Assembly (NCBI GenBank): GCA_020161355.1
Contig: JAIUOF010000012.1
Span: forward strand, 48,522 to 112,521
Length of the DNA: 64,000 nucleotides
Direction: 5' to 3'
From: Bacteroidota bacterium
Lineage (GTDB): Bacteria; Bacteroidota; Bacteroidia; Cytophagales; Spirosomataceae
Under the pieces are notes generated by a model. The model searched no databases. It was not told the origin of the DNA and saw only the letters and a program-made list of their open reading frames with translations. Shown here one piece after another: positions 1-9,358 of this stretch. Position numbers and translations under genes: made by a program. Within the stretch, counting starts at the first letter, position 1; each line of letters starts with the position of its first letter.

Positions 1-358
1 CAAGTAGATCCCAACGTGATTCTTTTTCGGCACCTTCCATCATAAGACTTAGGTTTTTACCTAAATCCCAGTATGCCATACGCCATATTTGACCTCCATT
101 GTCACTGCCTGGGTCATATCCGTATCTATCCCAGGTATTTTGAGCCGTGCTGTGAGCGAAATTTTGCACATATTTACCTAAAAATCTTCCATCAAATTGC
201 ACCGCAAGAGCCATTTGGGCTTGCATTGGAGGTACCAAAACTACAGGCTCTACCACCTGGGGGAAATTTGGGTTGGTGTTAATGTCAACAAAGTCCTGAC
301 ATGATACCATCATGGCAAAACCCAATCCCAATGTTATGTATTTTAATAATTTTTTCAT
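1..358 (-). CDS. SusD/RagB-family outer-membrane lipoprotein, N-terminal part (partial, runs off the window start)
   Basis: Not in the ORF track because it is open at the window edge. Manual reverse-complement translation from ATG at 358 gives MKKLLKYITLGLGFAMMVSCQDFVDINTNPNFPQVVEP...DRYGYDPGSDNGGQIWRMAYWDLGKN. It stays open to position 1, has a lipoprotein signal with Cys (MMVSC), and starts 14 nt after the SusC-like stop. Confidence 0.75.
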   Translation of the reverse strand, partial: MKKLLKYITLGLGFAMMVSCQDFVDINTNPNFPQVVEPVVLVPPMQAQMALAVQFDGRFLGKYVQNFAHSTAQNTWDRYGYDPGSDNGGQIWRMAYWDLGKNLSLMMEGAEKESRWDLL

Positions 359-372
359 TGTTAATCTCATTT

Positions 373-3300
373 TTAAAGTCCAACTTTCACACCAAAACTT
401 AAACCTCTTGGAGTACTAATTACACCGTAATCAATACCTGACCCCCCACTACCTCCTACACCAGCAGTGACACCATTTACTGAAGGGTCAGCTCCGGTAT
501 AATTCGTTAACAGAAATAGGTCTGTACCCGTAAAAAATACTGATGCAGTTTGGAAGACTTTTGTTTTTGCCATTATTGAATTAGGGATTCTGTAAGAAAG
601 TGTGATATCTTTCAGGCGAATCCAGTTTATATTTTTTTCGATAAAATCTTCTTCAATAAACGTAGTCCTGTAATAGTCATTTAGTGTATTTGGTATTATC
701 TCTTTCGTATTTGGAGTCGGAGTTTCAGTATTTTCTTTTCCATCTCTCAATACACCTTTTATGACTCTTGGCGTTTCTCTATCTAGAGTATTAATACTCA
801 TGCCATTATTGTACATATAAAGTTCGTTGCCATTAAAGACATCACCCCCCTTTCTTATATCAAATAAAAATGAAAGGTTAAAATCTTTGTAAGTGATGTT
901 GTTACTAAATCCTAACATAAAATCAGGGTTTCTGTCACCAATATTGGCAAATACGGCTGTATTTCTGATGGGAAGGCCGGTAGTTGGGTTTATAAGTATA
1001 TCGCCTGCATTATTTCTGGAATATGCGGTTCCCGTTAGGGTCGTTAGAGGGAAGCCAGGCTTAACTCCATTTCTCACATTTTGATATACCCATGTATCTG
1101 AAACATAATACTCTGGAAGATCCTGTGGCAAACTCAGTAATTTGCTGTTGGTTTTGGTAAAGTTAACTAACATATTCCAAGTTAGATTATCTCTTTTTAC
1201 CGGAGTGCCGGAAAGCTGAATTTCAAGCCCCTTATTTTCAAGCGTGCCGCCATTAAATACCTGTAAAATAAATCCGGTGCCATAGCTTAGTCGCAGGTCT
1301 TTTACTATTTGATCTTTACTGGTAGAATGATAATAGGCAACATCCAGGCCTAATCTGCCTCTATAAAACTTTAACTCTGTTCCAATTTCTTTTGAAGTTG
1401 TTAACTCAGGTTTTAAATCTGGACTAGGGCCAGTAAATCCGTATCCATAACCACCACCCGTAGTCGTTTTGTTTTCTAGTCCAGGGTATAAGCTATAAGC
1501 GGGGGCGTCTTTACCTACCTGGGCAATTGATGCCCTGAGTTTTCCGAAAGTAATTACGCTGGAGTTTTTCAAGGCCGGAAGCTCAGAAAATATAAAACTG
1601 AACTGTGCTGAAGGATAGAAGAAGCTATTATTAGCTTTTGGCAAGGTTGACGTGATATCATTTCTTCCTGTAAATGTCAAATAAACCATATCATCATAGT
1701 TTAGTGTTGCATTACCAAAAAAGCCGACAAGCCTTTTTCTAACTAAGTTATTTAATGCTCTGTGAGTTGTTAAGTCAGTATTATTTATGGAAGTAAATTC
1801 GTAATCAATAAACTTCTCTCCTCTTACAGAAGCAACAGTATAATTATTGTCATAAATAGCACTACCCAGCATCAAAGAACTATGGAGTTTCCCAAATGAT
1901 TTTTTCCCGGTAGCAAAATATTGGAAGTTAAAGTTTCTGGTGTTATCAACATATGTATCAATACTGCCGCCAACACTTTGAGCCCTTTGTGATTCGGGGT
2001 GATATTTTAAAACACCCTGTGTCGAAGAAACGTCTAAGCCAACTCTGGCCGTAAGATTTAACCATGACAAAGGATTATATTTAAAAGCAAGGTTGGTTAT
2101 CACCCGGTTATTTTTGTCTGTATTTTTATTTTTATTGACATCATAAAATGGATTGTCAACGTCTAAATCGCTGCTGGCATCAGAAACGAGCCTTCTTCTG
2201 GTACCGGCAGGTGTAAGATAAACACTGGCGTCATCGCTTGACGGCCAAGCCAATAATCCCAATAAATAACCTCCTGTTCCTCTGGCAGCTTTTATGTTGT
2301 TAGAGTTGGTATAGGCCATTGAGGCTTCAGAAATAAACTTTTCACTGAATTTTGTGGTTCCCGAAAGGGTAATGTTCATTCTGTCATACTTTGTGGTGGG
2401 AACCACACCGGTTTGTGTCAAATATGCCGTTGCCAGTCGATAGGTGGTCATATCGTTTCCACCTTCTATTGACAATGAGTGATTTTGTTTTGACCCCGTC
2501 TGAAAAAAATTTCCAATATTATCATAAATCTTAGTGCCTTCCGGATACGCTGCACCAAACTGTCTTCTAACGTTCAAATCAGTTACACCGTTTGCACCCT
2601 GAGCATATTTGGTTTGAATTTCCGGAAAACGGTAGAGTTCATCAAATCTAAAAGTATTGCTATAAGTAACTTTTCCTCTGCCTTTTTGACCTTTTTTGGT
2701 TGTGATAATAATTGCCCCCGATGCTGCATCAATACCATATAAAGCGGCCGCCTCCGGGCCTTTCAAAACAGTAATTGATTCTATATCTTCTGGATTTATG
2801 TCAGCCCCCCTGTTGGTGTAATCATTGGTGCGATTAAAGACTGATCCAGTAACCGTTCCTGGCCTATCAGAAGAAAGGTATCCGGTATTGAAGGTTTTAT
2901 TATCAACTGGTAAGCCGTCAATAATATATAATGGTTGGTTGCTTCCACTAAGGGAATTAACACCCCGAAGCATAATGGAAGTAGAAGACCCCGGTGCTCC
3001 AGAGGTACCGGTCACTGTCAAACCAGCTACCCGGCCTTGAAGTGCATTGGCAAAGTTCTCACGCTGGGTATCAGCCAGGTCTTTCCCTTTTACTTCTTGC
3101 ACAGCGTGACCCAGAGATCGCTTTTCTACCTCTGTTCCAAGAGCGACAACTACAATTTCTTTAAGGTCAGAAATAGAAGAAATCAAAACAACATTTAGAA
3201 CACTGGAATTACCAACAGTTACATTTTGCGGGGTGTAACCCACAAAACTAAAAGTTAGGACACTTCCGGGTTTTACGTTGATTTTAAATTGCCCGTTGGC

Positions 3301-3471
3301 ATCTGTTATTGTACCCTGGTTGGTACCGTTAACTGTAATACTCACTCCGGGTAAAGTTGAACCATCATCGGAGGAAGTTACGTTTCCGGTGATTAATTTT
3401 TCCTGGGCTAATGCATGTTGAGTAACAAACATAAACAGCATTAATAACCCAAATAGGAGAGTTTTTTTCAT
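373..3471 (-). CDS. SusC/RagA-family TonB-dependent outer-membrane receptor
   Basis: 1032 aa with a signal peptide. It has a carboxypeptidase-regulatory-like N-domain (GNVTSSDDGSTLPGVSITVNGTNQGTITDANGQFKINV), a plug domain (IESITVLKGPEAAALYG) and a C-terminal beta-barrel ending ...FGVKVGL. It lies immediately upstream of the SusD-like gene. Confidence 0.9.
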   Translation of the reverse strand: MKKTLLFGLLMLFMFVTQHALAQEKLITGNVTSSDDGSTLPGVSITVNGTNQGTITDANGQFKINVKPGSVLTFSFVGYTPQNVTVGNSSVLNVVLISSISDLKEIVVVALGTEVEKRSLGHAVQEVKGKDLADTQRENFANALQGRVAGLTVTGTSGAPGSSTSIMLRGVNSLSGSNQPLYIIDGLPVDNKTFNTGYLSSDRPGTVTGSVFNRTNDYTNRGADINPEDIESITVLKGPEAAALYGIDAASGAIIITTKKGQKGRGKVTYSNTFRFDELYRFPEIQTKYAQGANGVTDLNVRRQFGAAYPEGTKIYDNIGNFFQTGSKQNHSLSIEGGNDMTTYRLATAYLTQTGVVPTTKYDRMNITLSGTTKFSEKFISEASMAYTNSNNIKAARGTGGYLLGLLAWPSSDDASVYLTPAGTRRRLVSDASSDLDVDNPFYDVNKNKNTDKNNRVITNLAFKYNPLSWLNLTARVGLDVSSTQGVLKYHPESQRAQSVGGSIDTYVDNTRNFNFQYFATGKKSFGKLHSSLMLGSAIYDNNYTVASVRGEKFIDYEFTSINNTDLTTHRALNNLVRKRLVGFFGNATLNYDDMVYLTFTGRNDITSTLPKANNSFFYPSAQFSFIFSELPALKNSSVITFGKLRASIAQVGKDAPAYSLYPGLENKTTTGGGYGYGFTGPSPDLKPELTTSKEIGTELKFYRGRLGLDVAYYHSTSKDQIVKDLRLSYGTGFILQVFNGGTLENKGLEIQLSGTPVKRDNLTWNMLVNFTKTNSKLLSLPQDLPEYYVSDTWVYQNVRNGVKPGFPLTTLTGTAYSRNNAGDILINPTTGLPIRNTAVFANIGDRNPDFMLGFSNNITYKDFNLSFLFDIRKGGDVFNGNELYMYNNGMSINTLDRETPRVIKGVLRDGKENTETPTPNTKEIIPNTLNDYYRTTFIEEDFIEKNINWIRLKDITLSYRIPNSIMAKTKVFQTASVFFTGTDLFLLTNYTGADPSVNGVTAGVGGSGGSGIDYGVISTPRGLSFGVKVGL

Positions 3472-3540
3472 ATTGTTAATAGTTTATTAAATGAATAAAG
3501 GCAATTTATGAAATTAATCCTTTTCTAATCTCAAAAAAAT

Positions 3541-3620
3541 TTAATATTTTAGAATACGAACTCTAATGAATCCCATATTAAGATTCATTAATCTCTCTAA
3601 AAGTGGTTCTAAAATATTAA
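3541..3620. repeat. Nested inverted repeats in the susC-like / moeA divergent intergenic region
   Basis: The outer 14-nt arms TTAATATTTTAGAA (3541-3554) and TTCTAAAATATTAA (3607-3620) are perfect complements. The inner 9-nt arms TAATGAATC (3564-3572) and GATTCATTA (3582-3590) are also perfect complements. Confidence 0.5.
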
Positions 3621-3733
3621 TTTTTCAGTGGTTTATTCTAATGCTATTTATTTTTGTTTCCTTACCATTATTTCAATGTAATTTTGATTATTGAATTTTT
3701 GTATGATTCTGATAAAAAAATTTCATTATAAAA

Positions 3734-4927
3734 ATGATTGATCCCTCTCTAGCCCTTAAATTAATTTTAAGTATTTCATTAGACTCGATCTTTGAAAATA
3801 TTCCCCTCGAAAAAGCCTTAAACAGGGTCTTAGCCGAAGATATTGTGGCTGACAGATCTTTTCCACCTTTTGATAGGGTGACAATGGATGGGATTGCAAT
3901 AAATTTTTATGAATTTGAGTCCGGTAAAAGGGATTTTGAAATTTTAGGAGTTCAAACAGCTGGCGATGACCCTATCAAAGTTAATAATTATTCCGGTTGT
4001 GTTGAAGTTATGACCGGAGCAATGCTCCCCGAAGGATTTGATACGGTAATAAGATATGAAGATTTGGAAATAAGGAACAGAATCGCTAAAGTAGTTTCTG
4101 ATAAAATCAAATCGGGTCAAAACATTCATTTTAAAGGCTCTGATGCTGCAATAGGTCATGTTTTAGTCGAAAAAAACACCCAAATCAATGCAGGTATTAT
4201 GGCAGTTGCTGCCACGATAGGAAAAGAAAATCTATTGGTAAAGTCCAATCCAAAAATTATTATTCTGGCTACCGGAGATGAGCTTGTTGAAGTAAACCAA
4301 ACCCCAAAAGACTATCAGATTCGGGCCTCAAATACATGGGCGATAAGATCAATACTGAAAAAAGAAGGGTTTGAAGCAGAAATGCGTTTATTGAAAGATG
4401 AACCAAAAATTCTTGAAAGAGAAATATCGGAGATGCTTCAAAATTTTGACGTTTTGATACTTTCAGGGGGTGTATCTATGGGGAAAAAAGATTATTTACC
4501 CGAAATTTTAACTTCATTGGGCGTAAAAAATCATTTTCATAAAATTGCTCAAAAGCCCGGTAAGCCAATGTGGTTTGGGTGCACCGAAAAAAATATCATT
4601 TTCGCCCTTCCGGGAAATCCTGTCTCTTCTTTTTTATGTACCGCTCATTATGTACTGCCATGGCTACAAAATCATATTGGACTAAAATTGGAAATATTTC
4701 AAAAAGTAATGTTAGATTCAGAGGAAAATAATCCCTTTGACATTACTTTTTTTAAGCAGGCAAAATTAAAAAACGAATCAGGAAACCTGTTGGTAAAAAG
4801 CCTTCCAAATAATGGTTCGGGAGACTTCATAAACCTTTCAAAATCAGATGGTTTTATTGTTTTGCCTCCTAAGAAAGAAGGTCGATATTTAAAAGGGGAA
4901 ATTGTCGAATTTCTTAAAATCAGTTGA
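3734..4927 (+). CDS. moeA: Molybdopterin molybdenumtransferase MoeA
   Basis: 397 aa. MoeA hallmarks are present: PPFDRVTMDGIAI, the VMTGAMLP region, ILSGGVSMGKKDY and LPGNPVSS. Confidence 0.85.
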   Translation: MIDPSLALKLILSISLDSIFENIPLEKALNRVLAEDIVADRSFPPFDRVTMDGIAINFYEFESGKRDFEILGVQTAGDDPIKVNNYSGCVEVMTGAMLPEGFDTVIRYEDLEIRNRIAKVVSDKIKSGQNIHFKGSDAAIGHVLVEKNTQINAGIMAVAATIGKENLLVKSNPKIIILATGDELVEVNQTPKDYQIRASNTWAIRSILKKEGFEAEMRLLKDEPKILEREISEMLQNFDVLILSGGVSMGKKDYLPEILTSLGVKNHFHKIAQKPGKPMWFGCTEKNIIFALPGNPVSSFLCTAHYVLPWLQNHIGLKLEIFQKVMLDSEENNPFDITFFKQAKLKNESGNLLVKSLPNNGSGDFINLSKSDGFIVLPPKKEGRYLKGEIVEFLKIS

Positions 4928-4931
4928 TTGT

Positions 4932-5525
4932 ATGTATAAACACGAATTAAGAAAGTTATATAAAGCAAAACGGCTGGAGCAAAGTCCTCAATTGGTGGCT
5001 GAAAAAAACAAAAAAATTCATAATCTGCTTTTCTCCAGGCTGATGATTCACCGATATTCGCCGATTCATGTTTTTTTGCCGATTCATGAAAATGCTGAGC
5101 CAGATACCCATTTAATAATCAACACTTTAATGAAAGACTTTGCCCCGGAGATTTATATTTCTAAAAGCCTGCCAGACGGTGAAATGATTCACGCCCAATA
5201 TGTGCCGGGAATGCAATTTTTGAAAAGCAAATGGGGAATCGAAGAACCCAATGAGGATTCTGATTTTTTAAGTTCAGAACAGTTTTTCAAAAAATATGAA
5301 AATGAAGATATTTTGGTATTAGTCCCACTTTTGATTTTTGACAAAAAAGGCCATCGGGTGGGTTACGGGAAAGGGTATTATGACCGTTTTTTAAAGTTTC
5401 GGAATGATAATATTACAACAGTTGGGCTCAGCTTTTTTGAGCCTGTTGATCTCATAGAGGATCTCCATGAGTTTGATTTTCCTATGAGTTACTGTATTAC
5501 GCCGGAGAGAATCTGGCATTGGTGA
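4932..5525 (+). CDS. 5-formyltetrahydrofolate cyclo-ligase (MTHFS family)
   Basis: The GYGKGYYDRFL motif and the length are typical. I chose the start at ATG 4932 (MYKHELRKLY...) because the tracked start at 4902 overlaps the moeA 3' end. Confidence 0.8.
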   Translation: MYKHELRKLYKAKRLEQSPQLVAEKNKKIHNLLFSRLMIHRYSPIHVFLPIHENAEPDTHLIINTLMKDFAPEIYISKSLPDGEMIHAQYVPGMQFLKSKWGIEEPNEDSDFLSSEQFFKKYENEDILVLVPLLIFDKKGHRVGYGKGYYDRFLKFRNDNITTVGLSFFEPVDLIEDLHEFDFPMSYCITPERIWHW

Positions 5526-5578
5526 AAAACCAGTAAAGGTCGCAATGAGGTCTGACCGTCGGCCTGACCTCAACTTGG

Positions 5579-7351
5579 CTATTTCTTCTCAGAATTCATG
5601 TAAGCCAGCCATAAAATCATATCGGCAGAGCCATCCATGGTGGGCTCATTGGTTGAATAATCCTGATAATCATCCCAATATTTGATGTGATCGGGTTGTA
5701 AATAGGCATATTCGTCCGGTTCAGAAAGTTTGATTGCCAGCATTTTGTCGTGAATTTTTGACCAAAGCGGCCCATCAGCAAGACTTCCTTTGATACTTTT
5801 TTTCTCTATAATCCAGAAAGGCATGTGTACGTCTTTGGGGCTATCCTTTCCTTCTGGTATCTCGGTAATCATACTCGTTCCCCACGGGTTTAATCCCAAA
5901 AGCCAGTTGGTATGATTTTGCAAAAGGTCGTCATAATCGTGACTTCCCGTCATTTTATTAAGCAAAATAGCTTGAGTGGCGACTGCTGTGGCCAGATTAT
6001 TAGAACACCAGATAAACAAATGCCCTACTCCATAGGCGTTCTGATTGGCCTTTTGCCTTATTCTTTCCAGATTTTTTTGATAATAACTAATGGCCAATTT
6101 TTTATCGTTTTTGTTGCCCGCCTGCCAAAATGCAAAATGGCCCATATTGACAAAGGGATACATTTCATAATGTGAAGCAGTATCTCTTTCCATCCATGAC
6201 CATGTGTTGATTAATCGTGCATACCTTCGTGCGTCTTTCAGGTATTCTTTTTTACCGGTACATTTATAAAGCTCTGCCGCCGCCCATTCCATGTCATCGG
6301 CCCAGGTGTTTTCTTCATACCGGTAAGGTGCACCATATGAATTTCCTTGTTGAAATCCTTCCTGTTTTTTGCCCATTTCATAGAGCTCTTCAGCTGCTTT
6401 CAGACATTTTGAGGCATACCATTTTTTATCGGGAAAAGCTTTAAAAACCTGATAACCTAAAGCCATAGCAGCAGCTGACCGGCCAGCCAGATTTGCTATT
6501 CCAGTCGCTTTGCTTTTATATTTTCCAAGCCCCTGGGGTGTGCCTGTGGCACCATAAACCGGCCTGAAACTATTCTGACCCCATCCATAATTAGCCTCGT
6601 CTTCGTGAGGAAGTTTAAAACCACGATGGTCGCGATCGTCGGCTACTTGATGGTATAATGAGCTGGCGGTGGGATGCAACCTAAAAATCCAGTCTAGTCC
6701 CCAGATGGCCTCATCAAGTACATCAGGAAGGCCATTAGGAGTTCCTTGAGCCAGAGAATCCACAAAGTCTTTAAAACCTTTGGGGTACATGAGGTAGGCC
6801 TGAAGCATTCTGGCTGTTGCATTGCTTCCGGTAATGAGATATTTGAGCTGATCGCCCGCATCGTGCCAGCCTCCGTGGGCGTCAATTTGAGTAGAATCTT
6901 CTACATGGCCATAAAATGTGAGTCCATCTTGCTGATGGCAGGGCTTTCCGGTATAAGCATTGAAACCGCATCGTTGGGTTTGCATAAACTGTACCACATC
7001 TTCCTGCCATGCAGGATATTTGCCTATTTTGAAGGTTTCAGATTTCTTATTTTCTACAGTAAAATAGTATTCGCCGGTTTGTTTTTCCTGTGAAAAATCT
7101 ATTTCATATTCATAGGAAAAGGGTGGCCAGGGATTTGTATTTTTTAATTTTACAGGGAAAGATTTTTCAAAAGTACCGGTTGTGGTTTTTAAGGCAACAG
7201 AGCCGTTTTTTAATTCATTTTTACACAAAATCAGAGCTTTTTTTGGCAAATCTGGTAAATATCCGGCCAAATTGACTCTTATTTCGATTTCTTGCGAAAT
7301 AGCTGAAAATGAGATAAATAAGAATATCGCAAAAGTAACTATTTTATTCAT
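5579..7351 (-). CDS. Glycoside hydrolase family 9 (endoglucanase-like) with N-terminal Ig-like domain, secreted
   Basis: 590 aa with a signal peptide. It carries the GH9 signature DAHGGWHDAGDQLKY and a C-terminal ...DYSTNEPTMDGSA catalytic region. Confidence 0.85.
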   Translation of the reverse strand: MNKIVTFAIFLFISFSAISQEIEIRVNLAGYLPDLPKKALILCKNELKNGSVALKTTTGTFEKSFPVKLKNTNPWPPFSYEYEIDFSQEKQTGEYYFTVENKKSETFKIGKYPAWQEDVVQFMQTQRCGFNAYTGKPCHQQDGLTFYGHVEDSTQIDAHGGWHDAGDQLKYLITGSNATARMLQAYLMYPKGFKDFVDSLAQGTPNGLPDVLDEAIWGLDWIFRLHPTASSLYHQVADDRDHRGFKLPHEDEANYGWGQNSFRPVYGATGTPQGLGKYKSKATGIANLAGRSAAAMALGYQVFKAFPDKKWYASKCLKAAEELYEMGKKQEGFQQGNSYGAPYRYEENTWADDMEWAAAELYKCTGKKEYLKDARRYARLINTWSWMERDTASHYEMYPFVNMGHFAFWQAGNKNDKKLAISYYQKNLERIRQKANQNAYGVGHLFIWCSNNLATAVATQAILLNKMTGSHDYDDLLQNHTNWLLGLNPWGTSMITEIPEGKDSPKDVHMPFWIIEKKSIKGSLADGPLWSKIHDKMLAIKLSEPDEYAYLQPDHIKYWDDYQDYSTNEPTMDGSADMILWLAYMNSEKK

Positions 7352-7479
7352 GCCGGTTTATTTGATCGTTTTTCGTTTAAGATTTTATTTTCCTGAAATT
7401 TTTCAGAAGGAGATTTTTAAAACGAAAATATAATTTTGTTTTATCGAAACCTTCTTAAATTTGTTAAAATTCGGATTTT

Positions 7480-7719
7480 ATGGAAATCACTTTAAAAGAA
7501 ATAGAAAAAAACTTGCTGACACTTCCAGATAATCTTTGGGGGCAAGTTAATGATTTCGTAATTTTTCTTATGCAAAAATATTCAGACGATTTGCCTCAAT
7601 GGCAAAAAGATGAATTAAAAAAAAGAGAATATTTTATTTCTGAAAACCCCAGTTCAATTATTAAAGAGGCTGAAATGGAATATTTTTTAAACAGTTTAGA
7701 CAATGAAGGCAAAAATTGA
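7480..7719 (+). CDS. Type II antitoxin (small acidic protein, DUF2281-like)
   Basis: 79 aa. It overlaps the downstream ParE-like toxin gene by 17 nt, which is the classic antitoxin-then-toxin order. Confidence 0.55.
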   Translation: MEITLKEIEKNLLTLPDNLWGQVNDFVIFLMQKYSDDLPQWQKDELKKREYFISENPSSIIKEAEMEYFLNSLDNEGKN

Positions 7720-8017
7720 ATATTTGCCTTTTGTTAAAAATGATTTAGAAGAAGCGTTTATTTGGTACAAAAAAATAAATCCAAAATTAGCCAATCGCTT
7801 TATTCAAGATTATAAAACTCAAATTAAACACATTTCAGAATTTCCACTTTCCTGCGAACAAAAATTTAAATCCATTAGAATCTCATTTTTGAACTCGTTC
7901 CCTTTTGGAATTCATTACAAATACAAGAAAACAGAAAATATTGTTGTCGTTTATGCGGTATTTCACACTTCTAAAAATCCGGAATTATTTGAAACAGAAA
8001 CTAAGATTACTTCGTAA
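7703..8017 (+). CDS. Type II toxin, RelE/ParE superfamily
   Basis: 104 aa. The layout is ParE-like: ...AFIWYKKINPKLANRFIQDYKTQIKHISEFPLSCEQ...VVVYAVFHTSKNP. Confidence 0.7.
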   Translation: MKAKIEYLPFVKNDLEEAFIWYKKINPKLANRFIQDYKTQIKHISEFPLSCEQKFKSIRISFLNSFPFGIHYKYKKTENIVVVYAVFHTSKNPELFETETKITS

Positions 8018-9104
8018 CTGCCAAGCCCACATAAGAATCAGCCGTACCATAATACAAATACCATTTGTTTTTGTAAAAGACCAAACCTTCCGAAAACGTA
8101 GTACCAGCTTTATATTGCCCTGTTACTTCATGTGGTAAGCTCGGCTTTAAAAATGGTTTTTCTGATCTTTTTTTAACCGAATGCATATCTTTTGGATCAA
8201 AAACTACATAACCCACCGAATAGGTACCCGTTGGCAGCTCATTGCTGGCCATTTCGGGTTTATCATGATTTTTGCCGTTGTAAATTAAAGTAATACCCTC
8301 ATTAGTTATGATTGCCGGAGGACCACATTCAGTGAGATTACTGTCAAACATCCCTTTGCGGGTAGTTATCACGTATTTCAGATTACCTGATTCATCGAGT
8401 TCGGGATACCAGTCAATCAGATTATCAGACCAGGCGAGGTTCACGCCCAATTCGCCCCAATACATCCAGTATTTTCCATTTATTTTGGCGGCTACGTATT
8501 CATTTCCTTCTTTTCGGGTCAAAATAGAGCCTGATTTGCTGGCCATATTCTTAAACTTACCGTCATAGGCCTTTTGAAAAGCCGGCCCTTGTTTTTCCCA
8601 TTTCAATAAATCTTTCGAAAACGCCATGGATAGTCGCGGAGTGTCATAATTCCAGGAAGTGTACGCCATCACATAAAGGCCTTTTTTGGTTTTTACTACC
8701 CTTGGGTCTTCACATCCGCCGGGTGCATCCCATTGCTCAAAGCCATCTTTTGCAGGAAATAAAACAGGAGTTGGATATTTTTTAAAATTTACGCCATCTG
8801 TACTTTCTGCCAGACCGATGCGGCTGGTTCTGCCTCCCAGATGTGCTTTGGGGTTATCTTCAGCCCTAAACAAAACCATGATTTTGCCGTCTTTTACCAC
8901 TGCCGCCGGATTAAAAACATCAGCTTTTTGCCATTTTACCGGTTCACCTTTCATGGGGCAATCAAATACAAAAGCGGAGTCAGCCGAAAGGACGGGGTTG
9001 ATTTCGGTTTTTTGAAATTTTTGGAATGGGATTTTAGGGTTTTGAGCTAAAGAAAATAATAATATATTTTCAAATAGAAATACCAGAAAGACTTTCAATT
9101 TCAT
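8007..9104 (-). CDS. Glycoside hydrolase family 130-like (beta-mannoside phosphorylase/hydrolase fold), secreted
   Basis: 365 aa with a signal peptide. GH130-type motifs are present: VFNPAAVVKDGKIMVLFRAED, RIGLAESTDGVNF and GGCEDPRVV...YVMAYTSWN. Confidence 0.75.
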   Translation of the reverse strand: MKLKVFLVFLFENILLFSLAQNPKIPFQKFQKTEINPVLSADSAFVFDCPMKGEPVKWQKADVFNPAAVVKDGKIMVLFRAEDNPKAHLGGRTSRIGLAESTDGVNFKKYPTPVLFPAKDGFEQWDAPGGCEDPRVVKTKKGLYVMAYTSWNYDTPRLSMAFSKDLLKWEKQGPAFQKAYDGKFKNMASKSGSILTRKEGNEYVAAKINGKYWMYWGELGVNLAWSDNLIDWYPELDESGNLKYVITTRKGMFDSNLTECGPPAIITNEGITLIYNGKNHDKPEMASNELPTGTYSVGYVVFDPKDMHSVKKRSEKPFLKPSLPHEVTGQYKAGTTFSEGLVFYKNKWYLYYGTADSYVGLAVTK

Positions 9105-9358
9105 ATCATTTTAAGGTTTTTACAAAGTAATAGTAGATTCTTTAATAAAACCAGATTATTAAAAAATAGAATTTCTTAATCCAAACACCATTTCTTCATT
9201 TTATTTTTTCAAACCTCATCACTTTCCATTATTTTTGCAGTCCTTTTATACCCATCATACAAGCTAACAGATAAATCACAAAAGGAATAGACCTCTCCTT
9301 TTGATTTTTAGTAAAATACCCTGCCATGGGTCGGGGGGTACCAAATTACAAAAACAAA

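Noticed and set aside
73-282. A 69-aa plus-strand ORF near the window start
   Set aside because: It lies entirely antisense to the open SusD-like reading frame, which has a convincing lipoprotein signal and family motifs. It is a shadow ORF.
3472-3733. A possible Moco riboswitch upstream of moeA
   Set aside because: The region is extremely AT-rich. It lacks the GC-rich conserved helices and loops I associate with the Moco RNA motif. The repeats found there are reported separately as a generic element.
9326-9358. N-terminal extensions in the ORF track at 9326, 13854, 37114, 37940, 41478, 44961, 56577, 62270 and 4902
   Set aside because: Family-typical N-termini begin at internal ATGs, for example MKVAVVGATG for asd, MIDILLGLQWGDEGKGK for purA, and the TAT signal for the oxidoreductase. 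Several of the longer versions overlap the upstream gene or use GTG/TTG starts.
9105-9358. A possible lysine or amino-acid riboswitch, or an attenuator, in the asd leader
   Set aside because: A TATTTTTG -7-like motif at 9230-9237 suggests a leader of about 120 nt. Only weak hairpins are present and no L-box-like conserved core.
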